From assembly GCF_032062105.1 (NCBI RefSeq), contig NW_026939364.1, positions 1-64,000 of the forward strand: a stretch of 64,000 nt of DNA. Reading direction: 5' to 3'. The notes under the pieces were generated by a model. It saw only the letters and a list, made by a program, of their open reading frames with translations. It had not been told where the DNA came from and made no database searches. Origin of the DNA: Saccostrea cucullata. Lineage: Eukaryota. Positions 1 to 12,979 of the stretch are shown here, in pieces. Position 1 is the first letter of the stretch. Every line of letters begins with the position of its first letter. The translations under genes were made by a program, and so were the position numbers.

Positions 1-2154
1 AAATGATTGAGGATCAGTACACGAGGTTCAAATTTATCTTGAACCTTCAGTTATATTTTAACTCCCTCCCCTACCCCCTTACCCCTCCCCCCCCCCCAAA
101 AAAAAAAACTATGATTTTTTTTGTGTGTGTTCAGTATATGAATATTTTTAAACTTTATTTTCTAAAAATCAGATAACTTATACATACATGTAACTATCTT
201 GTAGGAAAAAAAAATCAAATCAATTTGAAGGGGGGGCAAACATTTTCAGTATAAAGGGCACTAAATTGACAAGCTCAAAAGGTCATTCAACATGATTTTA
301 AATGGGTCACGAGAAATTCTAATCAAAAGTTAATGGTATAATAAACATCGGAAAAAATATAAACGATTAGACTTCACCCCATTTCCTACGGCCATGGATG
401 AGAAAAAGTCTTCGTTTTGATGCTTAGATTCTTTTTGTATATGTCAATTGTGCTGTAAAAGGGTGTGTGTTTGATGATTGATGTCAATCATGTACTTATC
501 AAGACAGTGCAGGTGTTTACTTACTCCTCCCAGGCCGAATCTGATCTCAATTCCGAAATTTTCTTGCATGGGACTGAGATTTGTTTTGCTCGTAGAATTT
601 TGGAGATCGATCACTGCTTATTAATTATACCTATTTCATGCCGGGAAATGTACGAATTGCGCATGTAGAATAAACCAGCATTATGTTTCAGTTTTATATG
701 AGTGAGGTATACAGTAAAACAAAGCTCTAAACAGGCCAAATATTGTATTTCTTTTTGAGTTGATTTTTCCATTCACAAGAAATTGCAATTCAAAATATGT
801 GGACATGCATTTATGAGGTTTTAAGTTCATATGCAAGGTCGTGTAAGGTAAAACAAAAATGGTGTTAACTTTATACTTGAAAGAAATATGTATTTATTCA
901 TGTACATGAATTTGACACCCTTATCTCAAAATCTACCCCTAGTCCAATGTTTACTTGAATTGAAGAAACGTTTATAACACTGTAAGTCAAAGATCAATAG
1001 TGTTTAAATTCATGCATGAAGTTTAAGGAGGCTCATTACACCACTTTTTGATGACGTACTACACAAAATAATAAACCTCCATTGTGTCGACCGGTTTCCT
1101 CTGGGGACGAATTGTACAGGTACCTCTAAAATATGACCCTGACCTTTTAAACGCTTTAAAAATAGATGAAACATGCGGTGTTGTAAACAGTGAAAACAAA
1201 GTAATGGATTCATTATACATAAACCAAGAAGAATTGCTTTTAAGCAGAAACAAAAGAAAACAACAGTCAAATCTTCGCCAAACAAGTAATGTCAATTTCA
1301 TAGCCATGCATGCAGTGAGCTCTATCAATCAATGACATGTATGTATGGAGGAAATTCAAGTTAAAATCTACAACCTTGTTGAATTAAAAAGTTATTTACT
1401 TGCGCTATTTACTGTGTTGGTGTTAATTTATATATTTGCTTTATTTATTTAAATGTATACTCTGGTAATTTAAAGCTTTGTTCTGAATTTTAGATGTAAT
1501 GTCAAACGTCCCATAGTGTTTTGAGTCTTGGCTAATTAGGAAAGATAACTCTTGAAAGTGGACTTTTTATACCAAATATTTTTTAAATTGGATTTTTCAT
1601 TTCGTTTTAACTTTCTTCATTCAATTTGACACATGTAATTCATTGAAATACATTCATTGTATCTTCAGAACACATTTTCTTACTGTTTTATGCATAGATT
1701 AAAAAGATAATGACATTAATTGTTTTCTAGGAGAAATTTATTTTTTCTAATAAAATTATTATTAGGTATTATGAGGTATTTTCACTGTATGTACTTGTCT
1801 TAAAAAGATGCCCATCATTTGACAGTGAAAGTTCTGAAATTCTGTTAATAATAAACTCGAAATAAAACATTTCACTAAAATTAGGCAAAAACTAAATAAT
1901 TCTATAAAAAATATTTATGATATCAAGACCACCATCTGGATATTTGACATCTACATTATGAGTGGTGCTGTAATGAAATCTAAAATAAACTGTGGATGTA
2001 ATGAGCCACCTCGAATGATGGCAAAATTTTATATGTTTAGAAGACAATCCATTGCATACATTATGCGTTCATTTGTAACTTAAGTTAATTCAATGTGGCA
2101 TACTAGTGCTTTAAAGTTATAAATTGATAGCAGGGACACAAGTGGAGCATTCAT

Positions 2155-3261
2155 GTCCAGTTCCCTTAATCAATTCGATATTGTCGACATCGCAATGTTG
2201 ACAATGTTGATACGATATCGTGTATATATTGTCTACATTGATATTGTTTCTACATATCAACAATGTCAACGTCGACTTTGCAGTGTAAACAATGTTGATA
2301 CGATATCGTGTTTACATCGTCTACATTGTTATTGTTTCTACATGACGACATCGTTGACATCGCAATGTTGACAATGTTGATACGATATTGCGTTTACAAC
2401 GTCTACAGCAAGGAATTCAAATATTGAGTATATTCAAGTTGCTTCTAAACATGTAAAATGTAAATATAAGGAATGTTTTAAGTTTAGTGTGAGTTATTGG
2501 TGTGTGAATCACAAAGACTTGCACTTAGGTATATTTTTCATGAAGTGCTTGCATTGCGATGTCGACGATGTGAACGATGTAAACAAGATTTTGAAATGGC
2601 AATGTTGACACGATGTCGACTCGATATCGACCAACATTGCGATGTCAATGATGTGATTGATGTAAACAAGATTTTGAAAAAGGCAATGTTGACACGATGT
2701 CGACTCGATATCGACCAACATTGCGATGTCGACGATGTAAACGATGTTTACAAGAAAAATAAGAAGGGCAATGTTGACACGATGTCAAGTCGATATCGAC
2801 CAACATTGCGATGTCGACGATGTAAACGATGTAAACAAGAAAATTCAGAAGACAATGTTGACACAACGTCAACTCAATATCGACCAACATTGCGATGTCG
2901 ACGATGTGAACGATGTAAACAAGAAAAATAAGAAGGGCAATGTTGAAACGATGTCGAATCGATATCGACCAACATTGCCATGTCGACGATGTGAATGATG
3001 TAAGCAAGGAAATAAGAAGGTAATGTTGACACGATGTCGACTCTATGTCAGCCTACATTGGGATGTTGAAGTATTGAACGATGTAAACAACAGAATAGGG
3101 AAGGCAATGTTAACAAGATGTTGACTTTATATTGTTAAACAATGTAATATATAGAGAGATAAACAAAGGTATTATTGTCATGTTAAATATGTCATGATAT
3201 TAGGAGAACTGGTATTTTTACAGCGATGTCGACACTATCGAAAAAACATCATGCACTGGAC
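2155..3261. mobile_element. Foldback-like non-autonomous DNA transposon with internal ~82-bp tandem repeats
   Basis: Ends GTCCAGT...ACTGGAC are each flanked by AT. The subterminal CGATA(T/G)TGTCGACATCGC is inverted at the two ends. Left-arm repeats (GTCGACATCGCAATGTTG) are the reverse complement of right-arm repeats (CAACATTGCGATGTCGAC). Confidence 0.75.
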
Positions 3262-6200
3262 ATCCTCAAGTGGAGTGACGACAGTCTATTATTCTGAGTG
3301 TCTTTCACTTGTGCCACCTCCAAATATAAAGGCATAAACGTACTCCCTCCAGAATTAACACATTATGAGTGAAAGGCGGATCTCAAATTTTAGGTATACG
3401 TACATTTACAGGCCGATCAAGTGTCGATTGCGAACTATAATGAGATGATTTCAATGTAAAGATTGAAATTTGCTACAAAAAAATGATCAATCTATAATTA
3501 GAAGATTAAGTCACAAAAGCAGAGGGATCTTCATGCTGGAAAAATTATGTAAAAATAGATACAAATATACAACATTAATTATTGTGTTCACCAAAGACAC
3601 CAAATTCCTATATAACACTGCTTTTTTAACACACTTTGGTTATCATAATTTTCTACATACTAATTACTAAGAGATAACTGAAAAACAAGCTACCATTTCA
3701 ACATTTATTACGTTAAAAATAATAATTGGTGGATGTTAGCCGCATTAACATTTTTGTGGGGAAACTGGGGAGCCTACCAGTGCACCAGTTTAACTTCACA
3801 TGTAAAGGACACACTGGGGGCCTGTGTGAACATCAGTGCCCGAGCCTGAACGATCACCAGCGTTCTAAGGAGGCAGGCATGACCTGCCCTTCTCATTCTG
3901 TCTCCTGCAGTGCTACCTGGTTTAAGTTTTGCATGGGAGAGGCATACACAAGCCTAATTGTTACATGCACCAGCCTGTAGCATCCCCTCACTCAGGTAAG
4001 GTGGATGTGGCCCCAGCCATACCCGGTGTGGGCCTCACTATGCCAAAAACATTAGAATACTGACAATATGGCACAGTTAACTGTGTCCTGACTTTGTATA
4101 TTTTAAGTTAGTTACACTTTAACTTAAATCCTGTATTTAAACCCCATGCTTTGGGAGCAAGTGGGGTGAGACAACCAGGTTTTGGAGCAAAAAGTATCAA
4201 CACCTACCACTGCGGACTCCCCAGTCCCCAGCCCCCAAAAATAGATGCGACAATAAATTTCCAGACATGAATGTAAAAGTTAATATTGAATCAAAGTTTG
4301 TTTATGAGCACAAAACACATTTTGAATCCAAAAGTCATATCTGCTAGTCTCGACACACGTCTTTCTGTCATCTTTTCAGACTTCTCAAGATCTGTTACCA
4401 AAATTACTACAGTAACTGGTACCATATCTTCTGATGACTTGTGAAATATAGAAAACAAAAAATCAGGTATCTGTTGTGATTTTTTTAAAGGAGGTGGAAG
4501 GTGGGTGCTTCTAAAATCATAAAACTTGTGGGGTTTTCAGCAGAGGTATACCGGATATCGAGTATAATTAACTCGTACGTAGTTCAAGCTTGCGGGATAA
4601 CTCATACATAGTTTAAACCATCAATACAGAGTGTTCCAAAATTAATACTGACTATTTGATATAAAATCAAATAATCCTAATTATTGTGAATAATGACATT
4701 TATGTAATTTGTGACGTGTATGCTTATTTTCTCACTTTTGTAATTAAAATAACGTTTTTCAGTATTTCAGACTTCGGTGTTTTAGTTTGTCAGTCTAAGG
4801 AAGCAATTGTCCAATCATATTCCAATTCCATGTCACATGATATATAGATAGCGTCCGTTCAGAGAATTTTAGTGTAAACAAGGAGAACTTTTGTTGACTT
4901 CCCACCCTCCGTCCTCATCTTCCACTTGTTAACTTGTTATCAGCATTGTCAATTTTAAGAAGGATAATTTGTGTTACATTCAAAGACTGTTGCTTTTGTC
5001 TTGTATGAACAAATGATAATTCTGTTCCTGTATTGCTCCTTTTTGTTGTCTTTATATCAAAATATCATTTTTTGTATAACTTCTATGAAAAAAATTATGT
5101 TGTATTTTATTTTTTAAAGTTATGTAACAAGGGGGATCACTTTGTCATACTCAGAGATTTTAATAAAAGCAACTTGTACAGTCAGTTTCCCTGGCCTGGA
5201 TCTCCCGTTAGTTTGAAATGTGTTATCTATAGAATGAATATTTGACTTATTGTCATCTAATAAATGACACTTTTTTACAGAAAACCTATGTTATGTAACG
5301 TTTTGATAGTTGTGTTGTATGATATAGAATTTTGCCAGATCACCAATACATGTATAACATAAAGCTAATTTTAGTTGATATTGTTGTCAGAACTAATGCT
5401 AATATAATTGTTACTCGTTTTTATTAAGTTGGAATCTCGGTGAAGATCTGTACTTTTTTATTTATTTCTTAATCCTTCAAAGATTGACTTATGTAAGAAA
5501 TAACAAATTCCGACAAGGACATTTTATACACTTTATATAGATTTAGAAAAAAAAATGTTTTATTCCTCATGAGTTCAAAAGAATATCAGCAAGAATCGAG
5601 GAAATTTGGGCTCGCCGTTTCAACAAATGTTTTTCTGGTACATTTAACAATTTTGACAACTGATTAAAAGATAGAGGAAAAAAGATATTTTTTTCATTGT
5701 ATTTTTCATGGCTTGTATTATGAAACAGTTAATCAAATCATCCGATAATCTATGTTCATGCGCTATTTCTAATTCCACAATCTGTTAATTAAAAGTCATC
5801 AAGTCAGCTTATTTTCTTGTAGTAATATTACGTCAAATTCAGTGTCTATGGTTGCTTCCTGAAACTCTATTATGAGTGTTCTCTCTATATGTTATTTTTA
5901 AGTGCTCTACTTTAATTATGTAATAAGGTTTAGAATACTTTGTATAATACATTTTTACAGACATAAAAATATAAACGAAAAGAAGCTGTCAACAACAATT
6001 TATAATGCAAACTACGACTTCTCGTTGATTTAAGTCCAATGTTTAAAACTCTGACTGCAATTAGTGAAAAATTTTAATTAAATATGATTCAATGTTTATA
6101 TCAATTTTGAATATAGTTAACTGCATTTTATTGAAAAGTAAAATAAAAAGGAACAGAGAGGAGAAAAGAACTTTTAATTTGTAGGATATATTTTACGGTC

Positions 6201-6612
6201 TTTAAGTCCCAGCCTTTGAGCTATCCGTTTGCTTTCCTGTAAATATATTTGTATGCTTGTTAGATAATTCCTCTTGCATTGCTTTTCCCTCTCCATTGAG
6301 TCAAATTATTTTTTATCTAATAAAGAATCTTTGATGGCGAAAAAGACATAAGCAACACAATAACAAATAATTGCTTCCATAGGGAAGTCGTAAATGTTTA
6401 ATTCCGGTTGAGGATTTATAATAATTCCTTTTAAAGTCCCCTCATCCATTTAAGCAAAAGATGACAGAATAACAGCATCGTAAACGATCTGATGTTTCAA
6501 ACTGGAATAAAATCGTATTGCTTTGGATGATAATAAGTGTTTTAAGATTGTTATTATTAATACTGTTTCCATGTAGCAGCCCACTTTTGTTTAGCAGCCC
6601 ACTTTTTCCGGT

Positions 6613-9198
6613 ATGATGGAAAGCATTGTTTACCTTTGTATTCTGTTAATGTACACAAACATTGATGCACATCGTGATCCGACTCAAAGGTGTACCTATA
6701 TTAAGGAAAGAGATGGAGTAAAAGTAAATTGCTCCTCCCAAGAACACAAAGCCGTGCCAGATTATTTATGCAAAAATAACCAGACTTTGAAAACTGTTTC
6801 CAATAAAACAATAACTTTTACCCCGAAGCAAATTACAGAGCTGGACTTATCAAACAACAGCATCAAAAATTTTTCTCACAACCCATTCTATTGTCTCGTG
6901 AATTTGAAAGTCTTAAATCTCGAAAGAAATAAGGTGAAACTTTCAAATGAAATTTACTACAAAGGATTGTTTTCGCCTTTGGTATCCTTGCGCGATCTGA
7001 ATATCAAACACAACTCAAAAGATGGAGTTATAAATGACACAGTTTTTGGAGAATTGATCGAATTAAAGGTGCTTCGCATGGACACGCCAAATGGAACCGT
7101 TTTTGGAGAACACTTTTCTCAGTTAAAGAAGCTGTATAATTTGGATCTTTCAGGAGTAAATGGATACTGTTATATTAGACGGATTGAAAACACAACTTTT
7201 CAATACTTTCCATATCTGAGAATTTTGGATCTCTCGGCATGTATGATTAAAAATATTGATGCTGGGGCTTTTGGTTTTCTTGAAAAATTATCAGAATTGT
7301 TTCTTTCGTACAACCTAGAATTAGGATTTGCAGCTTTACAAAACATAACATATAATCTACGATATACAAAGATAGAGAAACTACATTTGGAAAATATCAG
7401 GTGCTTTAGGGGACCTGACACAGAACTTTATGAGGGTCATCTAAAATACCTTTCAAATACAACTTTAAAAGAATTAAACCTAGCAGGCAATCGGCTGCAG
7501 TGGATTGGAAAAAACGTCTTACGTAATCTTCCCAAAACTCTCCAAACACTATCCCTGGCAAATAACAGACTATCCATTGGAGTGTATGCTTTTGATTATC
7601 GATTACTGAAAGAATTGAAAGAGATGAATGTAAGCAATCAGCTGAACCTACCAAATGTAACAGCTAAACTATTTCAGAAGTGTGATGAGAATCCCGACAT
7701 ACTTCCTTGCAACTGCACACCAGGCGCGCAAAATCTCCAAAAGCTCTCAAGCACTCTTCCTTATGAAATGGATGAGGGAGGGGATTCGTATTTGGAGTGC
7801 AAAGAAAGAAATATTAATTTTGGACCAGCAATAATTACTTTTTATCTACCGCCAAAGCTTCAGGTTTTGTATTGGTCGTCTAGTCGTTTGTTTGGAACTT
7901 TAGGTCAATTTGGAATTAATGCAACCCTTCTCAGAAAGATATTTATGCAAAACAACATTTTATACTCATGGATAGGTCCAATTCATGGATCGGATTCTAT
8001 AGAAGAACTTGATCTCTCTCAGAATTTTTGCTACAATATTTCAGCAGAATTTTTGTCACATTTTTCAGGTTTGAAAGTATTAAAACTGAGAGAAAATAAT
8101 ATTGCAAAGAGTTTATCTTCAGATTCTCAAGGATTAATGTTCAGAAATCAGAAAAACCTTGAACTCCTAGACTTATCTTATAATGATATTGAATATCTAC
8201 CGGGGAAAATATTTAAAAATGCAATAAATATTAAGCAATTATTGTTGCAAGGTAATAGACTATATAAGTGGGGAGTGAAAATAAATCATATGAGATATTT
8301 AATATTTTTAGATATCTCAGGTAATCGTTTAGAGACGTTTACTCCTGTTGACATAGAACACCTTAATCAGCATTTTCAATCCGAAAATCTAACTGTGGAC
8401 TTAAGCAATAATCGCCTTTCTTGCACCTGCGAAAACATTATTTTTCTACATTGGATTGTAAGATTTTATTCTCATTTTCAAGACTTCAACGAATATTTTT
8501 GCTTGGATGAGTCTATCCATGTAGAAAATCTTCAGAAATCATTGTTTATCTTAAATAAAAAGTGTAAATCCTATCTGATTTGGTACGTAATCAGTTGTAT
8601 TGGATGTACTTTAGTGGTCACCATTACCGCATGTTACTTGATTTACAAAAATCGCTGGAAAATACGTTACATACGATATGTGGCAGGAAAGAAAGTACGG
8701 GGGTATCATCGTCTTCAATCGAGTTCTAGCATTGGGGATTTCGAATATGACGCATACATATCATACTCCGCAAAAGATGTATCGTTCGTAAAAGAAGATA
8801 TGATACCCAACCTTGAAGATAAGAGTAGTGGTCAAATAAAACTAGCAGTAATGCATAGAGATATGGAGCCAAGCGGAGATCATGCAAATAATATCATGGA
8901 CTACATCAGTCGAAGTAAAAGAACCATTTGTGTAGTCAGTAGAAAATTTCTGGAATCGGACTGGCAGGATTACGAATTAAATATGGCCAGAATGGAAGGA
9001 GTTCAGACAAGAAAAGCATTGAACTTTGTTCACTTAATTCTTATGCCAGATGTATGCAAGTCAAAATATCCCCAGAAAGCCAGTGATTTTATAAAGAAAG
9101 GTTATTATCTGGAATATCCCGAGGAGGCTTTTGGACAACAAGTGTTCTGGGAAACTCTAAGACAGGAGATATTGAAAGAAATTGACGTTTCAAATTAA
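6613..9198 (+). CDS. Toll-like receptor (signal peptide, LRRs, LRR-CT, TM, TIR), single coding exon
   Basis: 861-aa ORF with a hydrophobic N-terminus, many LxxLxLxxN repeats, NRLSCTC LRR-CT, TM YLIWYVISCIGCTLVVTITACYLIY, TIR box1 FEYDAYISYS, WQDYELNMA and FW box3. Confidence 0.95.
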   Translation: MMESIVYLCILLMYTNIDAHRDPTQRCTYIKERDGVKVNCSSQEHKAVPDYLCKNNQTLKTVSNKTITFTPKQITELDLSNNSIKNFSHNPFYCLVNLKVLNLERNKVKLSNEIYYKGLFSPLVSLRDLNIKHNSKDGVINDTVFGELIELKVLRMDTPNGTVFGEHFSQLKKLYNLDLSGVNGYCYIRRIENTTFQYFPYLRILDLSACMIKNIDAGAFGFLEKLSELFLSYNLELGFAALQNITYNLRYTKIEKLHLENIRCFRGPDTELYEGHLKYLSNTTLKELNLAGNRLQWIGKNVLRNLPKTLQTLSLANNRLSIGVYAFDYRLLKELKEMNVSNQLNLPNVTAKLFQKCDENPDILPCNCTPGAQNLQKLSSTLPYEMDEGGDSYLECKERNINFGPAIITFYLPPKLQVLYWSSSRLFGTLGQFGINATLLRKIFMQNNILYSWIGPIHGSDSIEELDLSQNFCYNISAEFLSHFSGLKVLKLRENNIAKSLSSDSQGLMFRNQKNLELLDLSYNDIEYLPGKIFKNAINIKQLLLQGNRLYKWGVKINHMRYLIFLDISGNRLETFTPVDIEHLNQHFQSENLTVDLSNNRLSCTCENIIFLHWIVRFYSHFQDFNEYFCLDESIHVENLQKSLFILNKKCKSYLIWYVISCIGCTLVVTITACYLIYKNRWKIRYIRYVAGKKVRGYHRLQSSSSIGDFEYDAYISYSAKDVSFVKEDMIPNLEDKSSGQIKLAVMHRDMEPSGDHANNIMDYISRSKRTICVVSRKFLESDWQDYELNMARMEGVQTRKALNFVHLILMPDVCKSKYPQKASDFIKKGYYLEYPEEAFGQQVFWETLRQEILKEIDVSN

Positions 9199-9344
9199 CA
9201 ATATTTTGTAAATCGCGTACAAAATTACGTGAACTTTTTTCGAAATATTTATACCATGGTATATGTCAACTTCTTCATAACTTCAAAGTTTCAACATTGT
9301 TTTTGCGGTTTATCTATGTCATGTTCAATTTCACAAATTAGTCC

Positions 9345-10706
9345 TCATCGGAATGATCAGGTAAATTAAAATGTTTGTATAAAAGCTGATGACCACCATG
9401 ATTTATTGAAATCGATGACCTGATATTCTTTTGTTAAGCGATCCCTTGGTTTCACCAACATAAACAAGTCTACACAGATTACATTCTATTCCATAGACAA
9501 CATTAGAAGATTTGCAGTTCAGATTTTCCCAAGTTTTGGTATAGAAGCTCTGTCAAGTAAGATTACTGGTGAAAGAAGTGTCAGTTATCAAAATGTCACA
9601 GGTTTTACAGTTTCGCACAGAACATTTTGAAACAGAAGACATGGAATCGGAAAAGGAATTATCCAATATATCTGTAATAGAAACCTTACATTCTTTCAAT
9701 TTGGTGTATGATGTATTCGTTTTATACCAAAACTGGGAATCTGAAGACTGTACATATGACATATGTTTAATATCCCTGAGGATTATCCGAGGGGCACCAA
9801 ATGAACTCCTTGAGTCTGTGACCCTTATAGATTCAAAGGAGTGACGCCTTTTTATACTGGGCGACGCGCCTGCCAGTATCATTTCGTTATTCTGTGTTCT
9901 CATAAATGAATAGGTACCGAACGACAAGTATCCTCGGGGACAAACTGTCCACCAGCAGAGATACATGTTCGGTGGTTAAAAGAAGGATATGGAGATAACG
10001 AACAGTGTTCAATCTCAAGGTCCATAAAACAATACAAAACAAGAGCAGAGCAAATACATACCCCTAAAACATTAGAGGTGGGATCAGGTGCCATGGAGGA
10101 GTGAGCATCCCCTGCCGACCGGTGTGCCGTGTGCTCCTTGTCATGATCAGGAAATAACGGAAAAGTATCCGTAATTCAGTGTATAAATAATGGACTAACA
10201 ATTGGTATGAAAAATGTCAGTCAGCATTTGACTCTATGATAAATTGTATTTGCTGACAAGGTCATTGTATCGACCATAGAACTTACGAAATAATGACTTT
10301 AAACGAGACTGCTGATATTCTTGTTTCATCAACTTGCTTGTCAATAATTTACCTCGTTTTAGAAATTGTTCATACGTAGAGCATGCTCTTGCGTATCGAA
10401 TCAACTGAGATATACTCCGTATGCAGGTGATGAAGGTATATTGCTGCATAAGTAAGGAAACTTGACGATAGAAAAGTTAAATTCATCACGTTTATAATAT
10501 AGCTTGATTGTTAGATTACCATTAGTGTCTTTTTCAAGTAAAATATCCAAGTATGAAGCAGAAGTGTCGGACTTTGTGGTACCTTTTATCTCAAGCTCAC
10601 CAGGATATATCGTATCAACGTAGGAATGGAAATTATCATTATTAATTGACAATACGTCGTCGATATATCTAAATGTTGAGTTGAAGGCCACAGCAAGTGT
10701 TTTCAA
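9345..10706 (-). mobile_element. Degenerate Penelope-like retroelement (Naiad-type): RT C-terminus, 3' region, then GIY-YIG endonuclease
   Basis: RT motifs FRYIDDVLSINN, SYLDI, FPYLCSNIPSSPAYGVY, SQLIRYARAC (10234-10706). Past a TGA at 9553-9555 the frame reads CKSSNVVYGIECNLCRLVYVGETKGSLNKRISGHRF (GIY-YIG), preceded by the CxxxxCxxC motif KCSVRNCKTC. Confidence 0.85.
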
Positions 10707-10789
10707 CTATTCCTCATAATTGATTAAAGATTATGCTTTTGATATCGTAGACATCTGTATTTTAATTACTAGTAGAACGGAACTCAGAA

Positions 10790-11200
10790 AGTTATTAAAT
10801 GAAAATATTAATGTAGTCTTCGAGGACCAAGTCTTCCAACAAACTGTTGGAATTCTGAGGGGGCACTAATTCTCCTAGCTAACTAAATAACCGAACTCTT
10901 TTAGTATTTCCATGACACAAAAAGTTCACATAAGAAGAAATAATCACTTGTCGTTGCTTTCAATACGACATTCAGATATAAAGTAGTCGTACACATGTAA
11001 TGTATGAATTGACGATAGATTTTTCCGTTATTACCCGATCATTAAAAAGAGCACACTGCGGGTGTGACCGGTCAGTAGGGGTGCTCACTTCTTCATGGCA
11101 GCCGATCTCACCTCTGATGTTTTGGATATCCTGCTCAATCTTGTATTGTTTTATGGACTTTTGATCTCGAATACTGTTCATCATCCCCATAAGTTTCATA
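10790..11200 (+). mobile_element. Penelope-like (Naiad-type) fragment, opposite orientation
   Basis: Decayed RT pieces ENINVVFEDQVFQQTVGI and VAFNTTFRY, followed by the family 3' motif GGGTGTGACCGGTC...GATCTCACCT. Confidence 0.7.
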
Positions 11201-11469
11201 CTATAACATCCTTTTAATATCAATTTCGGAGTAATATTGTTTAGAATCAGAATGATTTTTTACCAAATAATTTTGTACTTCTGTTCTGATTTAAGAAGCA
11301 GTTGTCTCTGGGATTTTTTAATTTCATTTTATTGTGAGGAATATTTGTAGAAAGCATTGAAAATTTTTAATTTTTAATGTGATGGACTTTAAAATAAAAT
11401 TGCAAGTCGGTAATTTTATTTCTGCTGGTTTCAACTCTGATTTACACAGTTTCAGCCTATTTCAGCACA

Positions 11470-11613
11470 TGCTTCAGCCTAAAAGCATCATTGGGTGAAG
11501 GAAAATTTAACTAATTAAAATGACGGGCCAATAGGTATCACAAGGGGAAATCTTGCCAAAAAAGCAAGACCAAAGTTACTCAGGTGAGCTTTGTGGCCCA
11601 CGGGCCTCTTATT
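11470..11613 (-). mobile_element. Helentron/HINE terminal fragment
   Basis: Ends in ACTCAGGTGAGC...GTGGCCCACGGGCCTCTT, the reverse complement of the terminus at 52610. Confidence 0.6.
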
Positions 11614-12979
11614 CATCGTGACTTGGGTAAATGTGAAATATGAAATTAAATTCATCTTCAATTTGAAATTGATTAGGTAGCATTTTTAATTCATCTAATT
11701 TTTTTTAAGAATTGAGTTCTTGTCTACCTTGTATTGGATATGCCACATCATTAGCAGTAGTTTTAAAAAATCTGGGATTATAAAATCAAAAGCAATTACT
11801 TCCTGAATATTTTATTCAACATTGCGCAAGATATCCTTGCCAAATAGAAGATATTTATTTGACATTAAAAATGTCCTTAAAAGTTTATGGAAGACTAAAC
11901 AACACCAAAAGCGTATAAGCTATCACAGGTGCAACATGGAGGTTATTAAAGCAGGAAACAATTCAGTGCATCAAATTTAATTAAACTTCCTTCATTTCTT
12001 AAGAACATAATAAGAAAGATTTTACGGAGCAAAAGAAATATACGACTCGAGAAACAAAGAGATGCATATCTTCATGTATGACATCCAAATTTCAAAGTTT
12101 CTGCAAACAAAAAATTAATTCAATATTTGTGCCTGTTTTAGCATTCACCCTCATATGATGTCATAGGTTTTTCCTGTTTTTCAAATGAATTTCCATTTGT
12201 GCTTTTACATAAATATGTAGGGGGGGGGCTTAAAAGATGTTTTAAAAAATGTGAATAAGAAAAATATTTGTTTAATTTACTCTTATTTAGATTTGAAAAA
12301 ATGTGCTCACGACATACAGAAACTCTTGTTTGTTTCTTTACTCGTACTCGTATACTCAAGCATACTCTTTATATATGTCTATAACAGTTTCTAATTTCTG
12401 TTTTAACATGTATTTCTGTACGCTCGAAAAACTATATGCTCCAAATATCATTTAAGCATTATTACTAAAAAGGAAATGATTTTTGTTTCATTCCTAGGGG
12501 GAATAAGATATATTCAATAAAGTTCGTCATATATTGAAAGTATATTTCGTCTATATATCTTTGTCTGAAAAGTTATTTTGTCAAAAAAAATAAGAGAAAG
12601 AAATAATAGAAAATTAGTTTTTTAAAAGGGAATGTTTTTCTGGTTCGTATTGTGTAATAAGATGCTTCAAAAGATTGCTTTCCTTTAATGAAAAAAATGC
12701 ATAAAAGCCTACAAGCTTTTTAAATAAAAAACGTCAAATTAGAGTACTAGTTATAAAAAAGTTCTCATTTTGAGCATATAACAGACAAAAAATTCTTTCC
12801 AGAAGATGTTCTTATACATGTAGGTATGCTTTAAACATTGTGAAGTACTGAATGTTTTTAAAGATCTCCTTGCAAAAGAACTAGTGTGACAAGGAAACAG
12901 ATAAAGCGTTTCCTGATATAAAGGTGATGATAATAATAAAAAAATCAAAATACACCTATGTTAAATATATAAAGAGATA

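Noticed and set aside
465-1335. Short ORFs near the window start
   Set aside because: No recognisable domain or consistent splice structure.
2497-3007. Repetitive Cys/Arg/Asp-rich ORFs
   Set aside because: Translations of the foldback element's tandem repeats, open on both strands.
2550-3100. CRISPR-like repeat periodicity (also 47378-52230)
   Set aside because: Units are wholly repeated with no unique spacers, no cas genes, eukaryotic context.
6430-6445. Possible NF-kB site upstream of the first TLR
   Set aside because: GGGGACTTTA does not fit GGGRNNYYCC.
9553-9555. In-frame TGA before the GIY-YIG motif as selenocysteine
   Set aside because: Some Naiad elements encode Sec, but this codon is not at an evident Cys-motif position (likely GGA>TGA), the copy has other lesions, and no SECIS was recognised.
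9325-9910. Hammerhead ribozyme cores (CCGATGAG..GAAA at ~9340; TTATGAG..GAAA at ~9895, minus strand)
   Set aside because: The CUGAnGA core is mismatched and stems II/III do not form.
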